Positions 38,791 to 53,519 are shown, counted from the first letter of the stretch. The stretch is DNA of 64,000 bases from Epiperipatus broadwayi (GCA_028023455.1 JAQFVV010000002.1:32240001-32304000), one strand, 5' to 3'. Program-made: numbers and translations. The notes: a model not told the origin generated them from the sequence alone.

Positions 38791-41579
38791 TTCCCTGACT
38801 AATGTAATGGTGAGCCTATGATGTGACTTGGTATAAGAATGGCCAGCAGATGACGCTTCTGGGTTAATGCATGTGACATCATTATATATTATACTCAAGC
38901 TTATTTACATATTCTATCTATACAATATTATGAAACTTATCTGGAACATGTCCTGATCCTTCACAGCATCTTCCACTACTATGAGTAAATATCTTTTAAT
39001 GTCAGTTAGGTTAGTAGAAACATGAGGCTGCTTCTGTGTCTAATTATAATGAAATCTCTTCTTAAATAAATAAAGACAACTTCAGATGCTAATAATAAAC
39101 AAATTAAGGTTTATTAACAGAAATATCAACTATATTTTCATAATCCCACAAATCAAGAAACAGGTTAATTATTTCTTATATAAAATAAACTAACAAATAT
39201 AATGAGTGGTTTGACTACAAAAACCAAATATGTTATTCCAAATTTCCCATTTGAGCGTAAAAAAGATTATATAATGATTAAATTATCTTTACTTATCTTG
39301 CTAATAACAATTTCATATTTAACATTTAGATTAATTTTATCATTAAAGATAAGCCTATTCTATATAATAGGGTATTTTTTATTAGCTCCCTAATTCTTTA
39401 TAATGTCATTTTGAGCATTTCACATGGATCTGAAAGTATATGATGTCATGTAGCTCATTAATCAGTTTATATATATTTCAACAAGTTCTATCTTAAGAAA
39501 GGGATTTAAACTCGACCTAGTAGGCATGGAGTTGTGAACAATGCATGTAAGCGATCTATATTAATAATATAATTCATTATTCTGTAATAATTCTGTTGGT
39601 TCTTTAATAAGAAAAGATTTTCGCAGAAAAATACATATGCATAAATCCAATATTAAAACAATATCAGGTGAATATGATCTGGATTCTTACCATCGATATG
39701 TGTCAGCAATTATACATATCTTAATAAATCTGTTAAATGAATGCAAAAATAGTCGTAATATATCAGTACAAAATGTAATATGTAGCAAATCATTGTATAC
39801 TAGATTTTCTTTGTAATGTAAGTGAAATAATATAAATCTTTGACATGCATATTATTACTTATTAAAGAACTAATATGAAATATTAGATAAATATAGACAG
39901 ACATAGATTGAAAGTAAAATACAGGCTTCAAAAAAAGAGACAGGAAATATTCCCAGTAAGGAACAATAATGAATGAAGGAAATATTTCACATCATTAATG
40001 CTGAACTATATGAAAATAATAATATATAAGCACACAGCTCATTTTTAATATCGGTATAAATTACCGACAAATAAATACGCAGATCCGCATTACTTACATT
40101 ATACTTTTTCTTCTTTTTTTTTGGGATAATAAAATTTAATAAGGTCATAGAAAACGTTTAATCATTTTGACACTTGTAAAAAGATGAACTTCAAAAAAAT
40201 TATTAAACTCTGATGGAAAGATCTTAACTCTCCCTCTCCATGCTTTCATTCATTTGGTTTATTATGATTATATAAAATCATTACTATACTTAAAATGTAG
40301 AATGATATAGATTTTTTCATTCGAATTGCTAGATCTTCCATTAACCTTTCTAGTAGATAGTTCATTATTTTCAATACCTTTAATCATAAATAAATATAAA
40401 TAATGATTTCATTATCTAAGGTTAATATTTAAATATTTGAAAATTTTAAATATCTGTAAATGTAAATTATTAATTCACTATCCCAAAAGATATATATTAC
40501 GTATAAAACATATTATAAATGTATAAAAAAATAATATTGATCTTTCTCTTGATTTCTTTCTTTATAATCTAAAGCTGGGTGTACTTTCAGGAAATTCACC
40601 ATGATTACGGTGAACTTCACCAGAAATGCACTCAGCTTTGTTATAAAAAAGAAAAAAACCATTTTGTTACGCAGATGCACAAACATATGCAAATTTGGAA
40701 TAAAATAGAATTATAAACTACGAGTTCATCTGTTATTCTAAAATAGTTCCTACCCAAGTTTATGAAAAATTTGTGAATGGCTTAGATATAAATAAAGATT
40801 AGATCCACATCCAGTTACAATTTCAATTTGGAACTAGTTTTTAATCAAGGAATGAAAACCTCTTTTCAATTCTCAAAATCCATTCTTTTTTAAGTGTAAT
40901 CTTTTTTAAATATTAGGCATTTCATGGTCAGATTATTGAATTAAACATTTCAGAGACATTGCCTGTGAAGTTGGTTTTTCGTCCTAGAAGAAATCTCAGA
41001 CTAACATGCCATTGTATTTTAAATCTCCAAGGAGTTTATATATATTTGCTAAGAAGTAGACTCCTGGCTATTGCAATTTTATAATGCAAATTTTTTTTTT
41101 TTTTTTAATTGCCTAATCATGTATATTTATATTGTTTTTTAAAGCAACATTAATTATAACAAAATTTCTATATATCAGCTACATAATTTCAGAAATTAAT
41201 TAATCTTTTTTTTTGCTATCTGTTTTATATTTTCTTCTGAACATTAACCGTACGTTATAGGATTAATTAAACTTAAAATTTTCTAGGAATCCTTATATTT
41301 TTTATTATTACCTATATGAATAAATAGCAATTATTATACATACATAATATATACCCATTGTTACTGTTATAAATTATTTACTTCCTAAATGAATACTTTC
41401 CCATTTTATTAACTAGTCTTAACCTTCACTCGTTTTTGCCTACTTTGTCCATGAAGAATGAAAGCCTTTACTATTTTAACTCTTCTTTTCTCAGGGATTT
41501 ATTTCTGAATGTAATCACATAACATTTCACAAGGAATGTTTTTAAAAACAACAAATCATTAAATTTCTCAGGTGATAAG

Positions 41580-42370
41580 ACAAGCAGCTGCCGACTCTAG
41601 TATTATCTAACATAAGCTTGAGTACTCGATTACTAAATGCATATAAAATTTCTATCTTTTACTATTTTAATCTTTATTTTTAGACCAGTTGATAGCTTTA
41701 GCCTTTATCTATGAGGCCTGAGAATCAAAGTTGGATGGAATGTAGGCATGCTGGATTCTAAGATTCAAAGTTGGAAGGAATGCAGACATGTTCGATATAT
41801 ATCTACATTTCTTCCAGTTTTGAATCCCAGGCCTCATTGTTAAAGGCAAAAACCAGAAATTGGTCTAAAGATGGCTGTTTGAATATTAAGCATAGGAATT
41901 TTATGTCCATCTGGTGATCACTAATTATTCAGGCTTACACTAAATGGTATTAAATGGAGAATTGATTTTGTCTAATTTTAATCAAGCGGAAAGTTTGATA
42001 ATTTGCTATTATTAAAAGTTCTAGCCAGAGGAATAAGGTGTTTATAGTTAATAAAGAATTGGAGATCTTAAAAATATATAGTTATTGAACTGGTTTCATA
42101 TTTATATAATTATTCAAGCATGTTGACTTGGATTTAACACTTTAGGCTGATTTAAATTTTATATTTGTAGCTTGACAGGTAAAGTGGAGTTAAAGACATG
42201 ACTATCTTTCTTACAATTTTGAATCCTATCCTCATTGATAAAGACAAAACTAAAAAACCAGTTGGAAGATATGGATTTAAATACTAGGGATTTTATATGC
42301 ATCTAGTATCAGTGATTACTCAGGACATTAGAATGGAGAGCTGTTCTTTTAAAGTTTCCAGTGAGAATTT
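41580..42370. mobile_element. family E copies (inverted pair about 41650-41930, further + copy about 42060-42370)
   Basis: ggcctcattgttaaaggcaaaaaccagaaattggtc and atcctcattgataaagacaaaac...tagggattttatatgcatctagtatcagtgattact are homologous to the 38 kb copies. Confidence 0.65.
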
Positions 42371-43265
42371 GGTGATTTATTTTAATAATTTATTGTTCCT
42401 GTCCAATATATGAGAATGCCACCATTGATCAAGGCCAGTAGATTGGTTTTTTTATAGGTTCTAATCTTAACATCTTTTAAATTCCCAATTTGTCTATTTA
42501 TATTACTGAACTGATTGTGAGTCTTAACATATATATAGATAGTGAAAGTACTGCCACTTTTATTATAAATTACCAATTATTAATTATCTTAAATAAATAT
42601 GATACACCTGGATTTATATGTGTGTGTGGGGGGGGGAATAAAATATCATAATGAGAGGAGTCAGAATTCATAAAAGTTATTTAGAGAAATCCATTATTAA
42701 AACCCTTTTTTAATTGACCTTTATGGCTTCATCAATTGTAAGAGAGTTAGAAACATTAATATGGCCATATATTGATGAATACATTCGGTTTATGTGTGAT
42801 AAAAAATTGATCATGGAAGCTGCCTTTTTTTAATGTAAAGAAATAATGAAATAACAATTCAAAAAATTATTGTTTGTGGAGTTTGGAATTACAAGAAAAA
42901 TTTCACTACTTTACAATCTTTAACTTCTATAAATATTCAGGTTGAACTTTCTCAAAGAAATATTAATTTACCTTTTATTAGTCGCAAACTTTATAAGACT
43001 ATGTTCTCTTTTACTTCGGCATAGAATCCACCTTTCACTAATTTAATTAATTTACTTTTTTCATAAAAGCAGTACTATTGCAATTTGTTCCAACCCTGTC
43101 TTTGATGATTTGGCCATAATTATCTCATTTGCATTTATTCCGGTCTTCTTATCAATATTACCAGTTGGATTTTTCAGCCAGTCTGCAGTCTGTCACAATG
43201 TTACAATTAAATTTCTATAATATTTTATAGAATTAAAGTCCTTGTAATCAGTTTATCACATGTTA

Positions 43266-43420
43266 AACCAGCAAGCATCACATGATCACATCTCCAATAC
43301 TAGCACATAATTGTTTATAAACAAAGCAAAGCAAAACTCCATATAATAGTGCCACCTGTGCTGGCATCCATTGATTACTCTGTTTGACACAGGTGGCACT
43401 ACTATACGGAGTTTTGCTTT
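43266..43420. mobile_element. family B mini-insertion (terminal segment plus inverted fragment, no hammerhead)
   Basis: 15-bp TSD gtttatcacatgtta at 43251-43265 and 43421-43435. aaagcaaaactccatataatagtgccacctgtg is inverted to cacaggtggcactactatacggagttttgcttt. Confidence 0.8.
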
Positions 43421-44373
43421 GTTTATCACATGTTACAGCATTATGACTGCTTCTTTGCTTAGAAAAACATTCTAACATATTGCTGGACTGTACATCTGCA
43501 GGTAACTTCATTCTGTATTGCTCATTAATCCTGATCCATCAAGGCAAATTCTTTCTAAAATTTTGATACTTTGCTTAATTTGAAGAATTAATAAGACATT
43601 TTCCAGATAAGAACTGGAAAATTAATTTTTTTTGAGATGAATCCCTATGTATTTTATTTTCAAAAAATATATATTACACTATGTTAATAAAATAAAAATT
43701 GTATCAAGTAAAAAAAAATCTAATATAGGTACTTTAAATGCAACAAATCTGAGTAAATTTTATGATAATGTGTGGTCATTATCTTTAAAAAAAAAATTAA
43801 AATGTCATTATTTCATTTGATTAATATTTATAAATGTTTTTTTTAGATTGATTTTCTATTTATTTAAGATAAATATGCATTTATCCATTTTATAAATTAT
43901 ATAAGAAGTTTATCATAAACTTTATATATAGTAAAATATTAAAAATATAGGAGGAATTTCTGTGTAAATATCTAGATTAATTTCAGCTATGATAAAATTA
44001 GGCAATAAACAGTTAAAACCGGCAATTGCAAACCAAAATCATGCCATCTACTAATATTATTTTTGTCTGACTTAATACTTTAGATATTATAAGAATTATA
44101 TGAAAGTTATAATCTTGTTTTCACACATATAAAATCGATGTTTTTGATTACAACTCTTGTAATATCTAGAATATTAAGCTTAAAATGGTTCCAATTGTAA
44201 TTTAAGGCAAATCAGATATACTGTTACTAGATGGCATGATTTCATCTTGATGCTGTCAATTTTAATTTGATTGCTTCTGTGAATCATATCTGAAATTTAT
44301 CTAGGTAAATTCAAGAAAATTCCTATTATACTTTGAATATTTCATATATATATATATACATATATATTAATAG

Positions 44374-44423
44374 TTACTTATGCAACAAGCCCAGCCTTAC
44401 CCCATGGTGGAGATTTTGATAAG
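44374..44423 (+). CDS. BIRC6: BIRC6 50-nt exon
   Basis: Acceptor aatag|TT and donor AAG|gtgagt. G+TT gives Val, then TYATSPALPHGGDFDK, matching BIRC6 VTLATSPA. Phase fits both neighbours. Confidence 0.88.
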
Positions 44424-46792
44424 GTGAGTGATTTTCAATTTTTACTTAGTATGAGATATAGAAACTTTATTAAAGTACTCTAAAGTTTTCAGTATAAATT
44501 TAGTACATGTATAAACATTATTATCATCATTGATATACAGTGGAGCTGCGATCTACTTTATATCTAATTAGACAACTTCACTTATACACTATCCAAAGAA
44601 AAATATAAACAAAAGAAACATTCAAATTCATAAATTTTATGATATTTGGCAGCCATTTTTTCTTCTCTGAGCACCATAGACAATTATATAAATTAATTTA
44701 AAAATTTCAGTTTATGTTGAAAGCGCATATATTTTATTCTTCATTTATTATCTTTTTCGAATTTGATGTGCGGTATTTTGTGTAATAAAATATTTTCTGA
44801 ACATAATACTAAAAGTTTTACAAATTTTTAGAACATACTAAAAGTTGAAATTGTTTTAAAAACATCAAAATAATTAGAGAAATCCTAAATTTCTTGATAA
44901 CAAAATCACTATTATGTTTCTATAAGAGTAAAAAGTTGTTGGAAAAAAAAAAGAATATTGCCTAGAGTCTATTTAATAGCTACAAAAGCCAGACATTTGG
45001 TTATTTATTTTAAAGATAAAAATATGAGGTTTTTTTTTTCTTATTCTTATTGGTTTGGTAAATAGATGAGTGAACACACACTGAGTAAAATATAATTAAA
45101 TGTGTCCCCTCAATTTATTATTAATAACTATATTATTATTTTTATATTCTGTTTATACTATAATCTTGATTTATATTAGTTACTATATATAAAAAAAGCA
45201 TTCATGTTATGTATAATACAAATAAAATCCCTGTTATTTAATAAATATTGTAATAACTATGAAAAATAATAAATATAACGATGATTGACTATTATTCACA
45301 GTCTTACAATTTGCAGCAATACTTTTGGTTAATTACTTAACTCTCTTCAACCGCCGTTTAATTTAAAAATAAAAAAACACATAACGGAAGCAAGTGTCAT
45401 CAACTCAAATCCTCTAAAAGTCTGTGTGTGTATAGATGCGATTCTCACTTCATATTTTTTTATCATTACTTAAAAGTATTTAAGAGCATTATTTGTTTCA
45501 CTTCAAAAAACATTTGTAAATAGTTTTCCTTTTTTTTTTTCAGATATAAAGAAGAATAGTATAATTTTTTCTTTATAAGGAAATGCAGGTTTTAATTTCT
45601 TTGTAGTAGATTACAAATATTATTTGTATTAACCAATTATGCTAATGGATTTCACATTAAATCATATTAATTGGCATTTTTCCATATCACTTTTGACATG
45701 AATTAAAATTTTTATATGTTAAACAACTTTTATGTTAAGTATTTTCATATGAAAATTATTCAATTTGTATTAATAAATATTTATAGTACAATGAAATTTC
45801 AGTCCATTCTTTTTCAAGGGGATGGAGAAAGTGATAGATAGAGGAAAGCAATACTACCAGGAAGCCGTAGAAATTATAGATAAGAAGAATATAATGATTA
45901 TTATTCATTGCATGGTATATTATAGAAGTGTGTAGCGGATTCAAGAATTAAAGATACCTGGATCAAATAAAATTTGATTATCACTTCCAATGCTTGCTTG
46001 AATCGCACATGATCTCTCAAGCAACAAACTGATTATTTAGTGTTTATAACTTAACTGTTTTAAGTACAATTTAGATATTATAATTCAAAATACTCTATAT
46101 CTATTATTTACAAAATGTGTAGTCACTTGGTTCTTTAGCTTACACAATATGTAATAAAACAAGAACAGCTTTTTACTCTCACACCATCTATAATAAGCTT
46201 CAGTAATCAATGATTATCAAATGGAAGTGCACTTAAATCCCAAACCGGTGTCTGTTTTCAATAAGGACTTGACATTCAAAGCTGGAAGTAATGATATTTG
46301 AATCTAGCAACCATCTTTAAATTCATTTTACTATTCTTGCCAAAAGTCTAAAATGGAAAAAATCCTGAGATTTTGAATTCAAACTACCTACTTGTGATAG
46401 TGAATTGATTTGGCTTTGAATCATTCATTTCAAGTATTTGAGTTCAAGGTGCTTAGAACTAATCGACATTTTTCTCCAGTAGCGGGCTGATTTAATTCTG
46501 AAAGTAATCATTGGTAATTTAAAATAATTAAAATATTGTGGGAAAAAAAGAAAGTGGGTTGGAATGTCAAAGGTGTTATTCTGATTCTGAGAATGATATG
46601 GGTTTGTTTTTGAAAAATAAAAGTAAAAACTTCAATTTTATTAATTATTTATGATAATATATATATATATTCTTTATTCCTAATAGAAGCTGAAATTTGG
46701 AAGAAAAAATGAAATCCTAAAAATGTTTTGGGAAAATTTTAAATACTCTACACAGGTTTTAATTTATAATTAGAATTTATAATAAGGTATTT

Positions 46793-47410
46793 ATTTATAT
46801 AGCGCTATGTTAATAAATTGTAAATGAGCGATCAGGCTAATGTACATGCGCTTTACAGATTTTAAACTATACGTAAATGAATGCTCTCATTCTCAAACAC
46901 AAGATAAAGTCTTTATAAACAGCTAGAATGAATCCATTTGTCTTTCCAACCCAAACGTTTAAGTATGGGCCAATCTTAAGTGTTTGGAGATGAGAGCGTG
47001 AAGATGTTAAGCAGTCATTTTAAATTACTTTATTATGCTTGAATGAATGATGCTTGCGAAATTATTTAAAATTTGCTATACGTCATTCTTAGTTGAAGTT
47101 AAACATATATATAATAAGATACTTATTTACATAGCGCTATGTTAATAAATTGTAATTGTAAATTAGTGATCAGGCTAATGAACATGCGCTTTACAGATTT
47201 TAAACTATATGTAAATGAATACTCTCATTTTCAAACACTTAAGATTGGCTCATACTTAAAGTTTGGGTTGAAAAGATAGATGAATTTATTCTATCTGTTC
47301 ATAAAGACTTTATCTTGTATTTGAGAATGAGAATATTCATTTACGTATAGTTTAAAATTTGTAAAGCGCAGCATGTGCATTAGACTGATCGCTACTTAGA
47401 GTTTATGAAC
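46793..47410. mobile_element. two adjacent copies of a MITE-like element (family H, TIR about 105 bp)
   Basis: Layout a-b-a'(short) at 46793-47000 and a-b'-a' at 47125-47410, where a begins tagcgctatgttaataaattgtaa. Confidence 0.7.
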
Positions 47411-47998
47411 ATTTAATTACCAGAACATTTTGAATCCTGAGCAAACTAATTATATGTGTGTACATAATACAATTTGTATATCATTCCAAAAAAAAAAAAA
47501 AAGTCCATGCAGGAAAATATTACATCAGAGCTTTAATCAACAATTACTGTAATAAAATCATGTGAAGAATATATTTTTAAGACTAGTTTTGGTATCATGG
47601 AAGATAAATGAAAGTTATAGGAAAATATATGCTAAAATGGTGGATGGAGATTTCTTTGTATGGTTAATAACATTGTTATTAACATCAAAGTTTGAGATCT
47701 TTAAAAAATTTTCTTAATTATTTATGGAAAGCATATAAAAGTCAAAGTAAAATTGTGCATTTAATAGATCCATTCGTAGTATTTAATTATCTCGCATAAT
47801 AAGTGTATAAGCTGGATATGTCAGTCAATATTCATGAAAATAAATTTGTGCTATGTGAACTACATATTGTTCAGTATATTTGGATTAAGTATTTTTAACA
47901 TTTAATAGAATTAAAGTTCAATATTATGTAATCACATTGTAATCATTATGGTTTAAATATTTTTACTAACTTTTAATTTTTAATGTGTGTGTCTAAAG

Positions 47999-48094
47999 AT
48001 AAACTGTTTAAGTACCAGTACCAGTGATAACTACATTGCCACAAGCACAGCAGAAGGGAATATTGTTGTGTGGAATATAGAAAGGCAATTAAAG
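47999..48094 (+). CDS. BIRC6: BIRC6 exon (WD40-like blade)
   Basis: Acceptor taaag|ATA and donor AAG|gtaagc. INCLSTSTSDNYIATSTAEGNIVVWNIERQLK resembles BIRC6 ISCFGSGSCPHFLAAATKRGKICIWDVSKLMK. Phase 0/0. Confidence 0.85.
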
Positions 48095-49290
48095 GTAAGC
48101 GTTTCAAAATTGTTCTTTTATTTATTTTATATAATAATTAGCATTATTGTTTTTACTATAAATAATTTAACACTAGATCTACATGTAATTATGTAAAATG
48201 AAATTAACCTTCAAACCTGGGCTGTTTTGCTTTTAGTATATAAATCTAGACACACTCGACCATCAGTAAGATATTTAAAAACACAAATGAGGCACTTGTG
48301 CCTAGAGCTTATTATTATGTAATCCAACCCTTGCTGATCGTGTTTAACTCAGGGCTTGCTCCTATTCTGTGTCTGATATTTTAATTGGCAACTGAATTGT
48401 ACAAATTTTGTTAATATATCATAGGGAAGAGAAAGTTTCTCATTTTTAATTGCCTACGATTAAGCATAACTATAAATAAATCCATAATTCAGTGCTGAAT
48501 CTATATCTAATTATATAGAAGAAAATCAACCTTCAAACCTGCACTGAGCGTTTTTAGTATGTAAATTTATGCACACTCACCCGTCTCTATGAGTTTAACG
48601 ATTTTTTTTCCTACATTTGCAACTAACAATTGTTTTTGGCTATTATTTTTTAATTTAATACTGATAGTATTTTCATAGTAGTTTATTTCAAAATAATAAT
48701 AGATACAATATAAGATTAGTTTTGAAATTTATTGTAATACAGTACTAATAACTTGGCTATCTTTACTATTTCTTTTTTTATTATTGGTATTGTTTTTGCT
48801 ATTCTTATGGCAGATGTTTTTGAATTGGGAAAATGTAAAGTAATTAAACTTTTTTTTATAGTTATTCATAGGCTTTGCATCACTTTTATATGGCAATTCT
48901 AAAGCCAAGAAATTAAGTTGCTAATTTTAATCGTGTGGCTAGTATTGGTTATGTATGAGGCTAAATAGAAATTCATTGCTCTTTGAATTTAATGATATAT
49001 TTCGTGATACAGAAACTTATTTACATTTTGGAAAAACCTCGATAAATGTGTGTGACAAACATGCACATGTTTCTGACATTTTTTGCAAGTATAATTAAAT
49101 ATATGGACATGAGTTATTAAGAAGCAACAATTATTCTAAAAATAACATTTTTCTTCTGTTATTTCATCATTTTTGAATAAGGGATGTTCCAAAAGAATAA
49201 ATACCTTCCTGAAGAATAATTTTGAGTGTGCATGTTAAATTTTCATTGTGATTCAATATTAGAATCTGAAAAAATAATAATATAAAAGGT

Positions 49291-50021
49291 TTTTCACAGA
49301 GGCAAAACTCCCCATAGAGTAGCGCCCCTCAGTGCAAACCAGAGAAATCAATGGATGCAGGAAGGTTTGTGCATAAAATCCCTATCTAGTGCCTACTCAT
49401 CCAATATCCGGACTAGTTTCTAGCTTGTGGTTTTCATCTGTGAGGAGCTTTGGATCTTATGTACAAACCTTCCTGCATCCATTGATTATTCTGGTTTGCA
49501 CTGAGTGGCGCTACTGTATGGAGAGTTTTGCCTCTGTGAAAAACAGATTGTGTAAGCCTAAAGAATGGTGATCATAAGATGTTTGATCCTGCCCAATAGG
49601 ATTATGGTGATTATTGTTATTAAAAAACCAGACACCAAAAAGTATGGATGTCGAACTGAGCTCAGATCTATACAACTATACAAGCTGATGAGCTTAGCTT
49701 GAAAACATTATTGTGTTTTCATTTTGAACTCAGAGCTTTATAGTTAGATAAAAAACATAAAAGGTGGCTGCTGGAGAGTTGCATTAGATCCTAAGATCTA
49801 GGTGCAATGTTCTTAGATCTGAGGCTCCTCCCTGATGAAAGCCACAAGCTAGAAACTAGACTGGGGATGTTGGATGAGTAGGCACTAGATAGGAATTTTA
49901 TGCACAAACCTTACTGCATACATTGATTACTCTGGTTTGCACTGAATGGCGCTACATATGGAGAGATTTGCCTCTGTGAAAAACATTGTGTAAGCCTAAA
50001 GAATGGTGATTATGTGCTGTT
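49291..50021. mobile_element. family B hammerhead element, same architecture as 5220-6219, both ribozymes mutated
   Basis: 13-bp TSD taat(a/g)taaaaggt at 49278-49290 and 50022-50034. The minus core reads CAGAUGA, and the plus copy (CUGAUGA 49832-49838) has GUC changed to GAC. Confidence 0.85.
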
Positions 50022-51195
50022 TAATGTAAAAGGTACTAAAAAAAATTGATGACTGTTTCTTAGCAAAATGTATATTTTCGCGCCATAAATGTTTTGTTTT
50101 TTTTAGAGAAAAATTAAGAAGGCTACCTGTCTTCAGTCTTTTTTTTTTTTTAGAAATTTATAATCATTTTGATTTATTTATGTGTAGGAAGATGGTAAAA
50201 CAGTCTTTAAACAGGTCTCTGCATGGCAAAATTTTTTCAAAGAGGAACAATGAATGAAAAGATATTACCGGATTTGCCATTTCTGCATGATGAAATCTAA
50301 TGTTTTTTTTTTATTTGCTTAGGAGCTGGTAATATCTAAATATCCATCTATTTACCTATAATTGGATAACTAATTGGTTAGATTAATTACGTTTATAACC
50401 AGGAAAAGTTTCATTCCTTCTAAATTCTAACTCGAACTCATGTGTAAGGATAGCAAATATGCTATCCATTATGCTGAGGTCCCTTACATATATACATATC
50501 AAATTCCAAAAGCTAAACTAATCATATAATAAATTAAGTACACCAGTTCACACAAATCCACTACTACTGGTTTTCCTGCCAAGGCAGAACTCCCAAGAGC
50601 TAAGTAACACAAATCCACTATATATCCATCTACTTTCTAGATTCTAACTCGTATTCCAATTACCTTTAAAATCAAAAGAACTTTTAAGTAAATTTATAGC
50701 TTCAGGATCATAAATCTTTATTAAAAGAGGTTTTTTTTATTTATTTCATTCTTCAAAGAAAACTCTCTTTGGTTGCTTTAACATAATATTATGAGACCTA
50801 TCTTTAATAAAGTTTTTTAATTTTGAAGCTATTGACTTATTTAAAGGTTATTTTGATATTAAAGGTAATTGTGAATTGCAATTTGTTTTGTGTTTGTGTT
50901 ACCCTGCACTTGAGACGTCTGCTTTGACAGGGAAACTATTGGTAATGGGTTTATGATTTGATTTTGGCTAATTTATTTAATATTGAACTGCTGTATATAA
51001 TTTAATGTATGCTCATTTGTGTGTATGCTTACATGCTCACACATAATTTCCAGGAGAAATTTTTTTTACCCTGATTTATGGTTATTTTAGCATTTCCTAT
51101 TTATAGTTACTTCAATTTTTTTATTATTTTGTGTTTATTTATATATTTAAATTAAATTTTAAACAATTTTCTGCTTGTTTTTTTTTTTTTTATAG

Positions 51196-51317
51196 AAATG
51201 TTTAAAGTTTAACATAGAAATTCCCCAACATTTACTTCATAAAAAAGCTGAAGGAATTAATAAAACTACAGATGCAATCTGGAAACCGAGAGTCAGTAAA
51301 CCTTGGGGAGAATTAAG
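51196..51317 (+). CDS. BIRC6: probable BIRC6 exon
   Basis: Long poly-T then tatag|AAA. KCLKFNIEIP resembles BIRC6 VHLKFEIN. The frame is open to AG|gtagtt, and its phase 2 end matches the next exon. The 3' boundary is less certain. Confidence 0.72.
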
Positions 51318-53519
51318 GTAGTTTTATTACTATTATGGATTGTATGTTGTTAAATTATTGGGATAAAATTAGTTACATTTGCAATGTGGATAATTTTTTC
51401 TAAATCTTGATGCAGAAGGATTGGGCATTATCAAGAACTGAAATCTTTGAAGTTTATGAATTTTTATAAATGCAAATTAGTTCAGAAATGAAAGTGAATT
51501 ATAAGGGGAAATATTTGCTGCATTTTTAAATATAAAAAAATTATATAAAAGTGTATTAAAATTTCAAATCATTTATAAAGGGAATCCTTATTATTCATAC
51601 TTGATAACTGAAATATTGTTGAATTAATGTATAATGAAATCAAATTCCTTCTGGAATAGTGTTAATGTTGAAATGGTTCAATGATACTCATGAATTAGTA
51701 CAGAGTAAGATTCTCCAATCAATTCCAGTACTGGCAACTTTACTTTCTTATAAACTCCAGCAATAAAACCATTTGATTTTTTTTTTACGCAATATTTATT
51801 TTAATATATGGATATAAAATACATGTAATTAATGCTCGTGAATATTAATAAGGTACTATATTGTGTATATATGTAATGATACTGAGTAAAGAAGCAAAAG
51901 AGTACAAGTTTTGTGTGTTTAAAAATGTAAAATAAAAAGTTATAAATTAACGAATGCAGCGTTACATTTAATCCTCTCATCCCATTCATTAACTTGAAAG
52001 AAAAAGCCAATTAAACACCAGTTATCTTCTTGTTTCTCTGCCAATTATTTAAAACTACTTACTATATTCTTAAATTTATTTAATGCTGTCTCTCTTTCAG
52101 TTAATTAAACTATTCTTAAAATATTATTTTTTTAACAATAAATGTTTTGCTTGTAATTTGTCTTTACGGCAACAGTGAATATTTGGCAAGAAAAATCTTT
52201 TCAGAATTGCAAAGCTTATAAATTAAAAATATTTTTTTGTGTTAAAAAAAATAGAAATAATAATATGGTAGTTACAGATCAATATTTTATATTTTAATGC
52301 TCTAAAACTGAATAAGGGCTGTGTCCGCATCTTCTTAATCTTACGGCCCGGACTTTATCAGGGAGCTTTTTGTTCCCTGACTAAATTCCCAAATTTGTTA
52401 TGTCCAGCTGTCTCTTACTGTACTGCCAGACATCTTGTCTGTGAGCTTAACTGTTCCCAGACTAATTTAACTATACTAATTCCCAGTAATGACTCAATAC
52501 TATTAGATTGAGATTAATTGCATTTAATAGTAATAATCTTAGTAATTGTTAACCAAACATTACCATTTATATAAGTCTATCTACATTACTTATATACATA
52601 AGCCTATAGACATATAAAAATAATAATCAAGATCTTTATGCCCTGTATAAGTCTTAGCTGGCTGTTCACACATTCAGAGGCCAGCTCTCCGCAGTCCCCA
52701 TGCATTCGGGTGACGTTCTGCACCCACTTATAAGTCTGTGTACACTGGTGAAGCTAAGAATAGTGTCTCTTTCTTGATTCAGTTTGCACTCAATTTGCTC
52801 ATTGTTTTCTTTCCTAATGATGATTAGCTCCTAATCCCATCCATCAGATAAGGTGATTACTCCTTTCACTGTTCACATGCTGGATACAAGAATCTAAACT
52901 ATTGTATATATAACTTCAATTAATGAGTCATATTTAGCTTACAGTTTATTATCACAGAAGAAATCTATAACTCTAATTCCTTTAATTGTTCAATATACCA
53001 TTATCATGCTGCATTCTTTCATTGATTTAACTCCTTTTACTTCTCTTACAATTAGAAATTAATCTTTTCTTTCTACTTTACAAAGTTATAATTAAATTTT
53101 CGTTCACTATTTTAAAAGGATCAGTTCTTTTAAAATTTTATGAATACGGCTAAGTAGTTGGATGATTTGAATGAAATGTGTCAACCAACCTACAACAGGT
53201 CATATCCTAAATTTATGATTTGACGGCATGTTTAGGTGCGTCAGATGTTACTGAATCAGGAATGGAATATAACAAAGGGAGAGCATCTCACTACTGTCAG
53301 ACCTAGGCCTTCGAATAGGATGCTAAAGATGTCACAATGAAATGCCCAGTTCCAAATCAATGTAACTTAGACCAGTACATATTCACTACATATCCCTTTT
53401 TAGGCCCCATTATACCACAGAATTCAAACTCAGCTCTCTTCAGGGATGGACTTACTCAATTATTAACCACATATGCCTATATATAAGCATAAATATAGAA
53501 AAATACTGACAATCAATTA

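Noticed and set aside
16912-47410. Short repeated units (aatatcacagcaaaca, family arms) as a CRISPR-like array
   Set aside because: The context is a eukaryotic intron, and there is no regular repeat-spacer periodicity or cas genes.
52640-52760. GC-rich segment with two hairpins, considered as an HDV-like ribozyme
   Set aside because: P1, P2 and P3/L3 could not be assembled on either strand.
53410-53450. Minus-strand CUGAAGA GAGC UGA GUUU GAAU
   Set aside because: GAAA and the stem I partner are missing.
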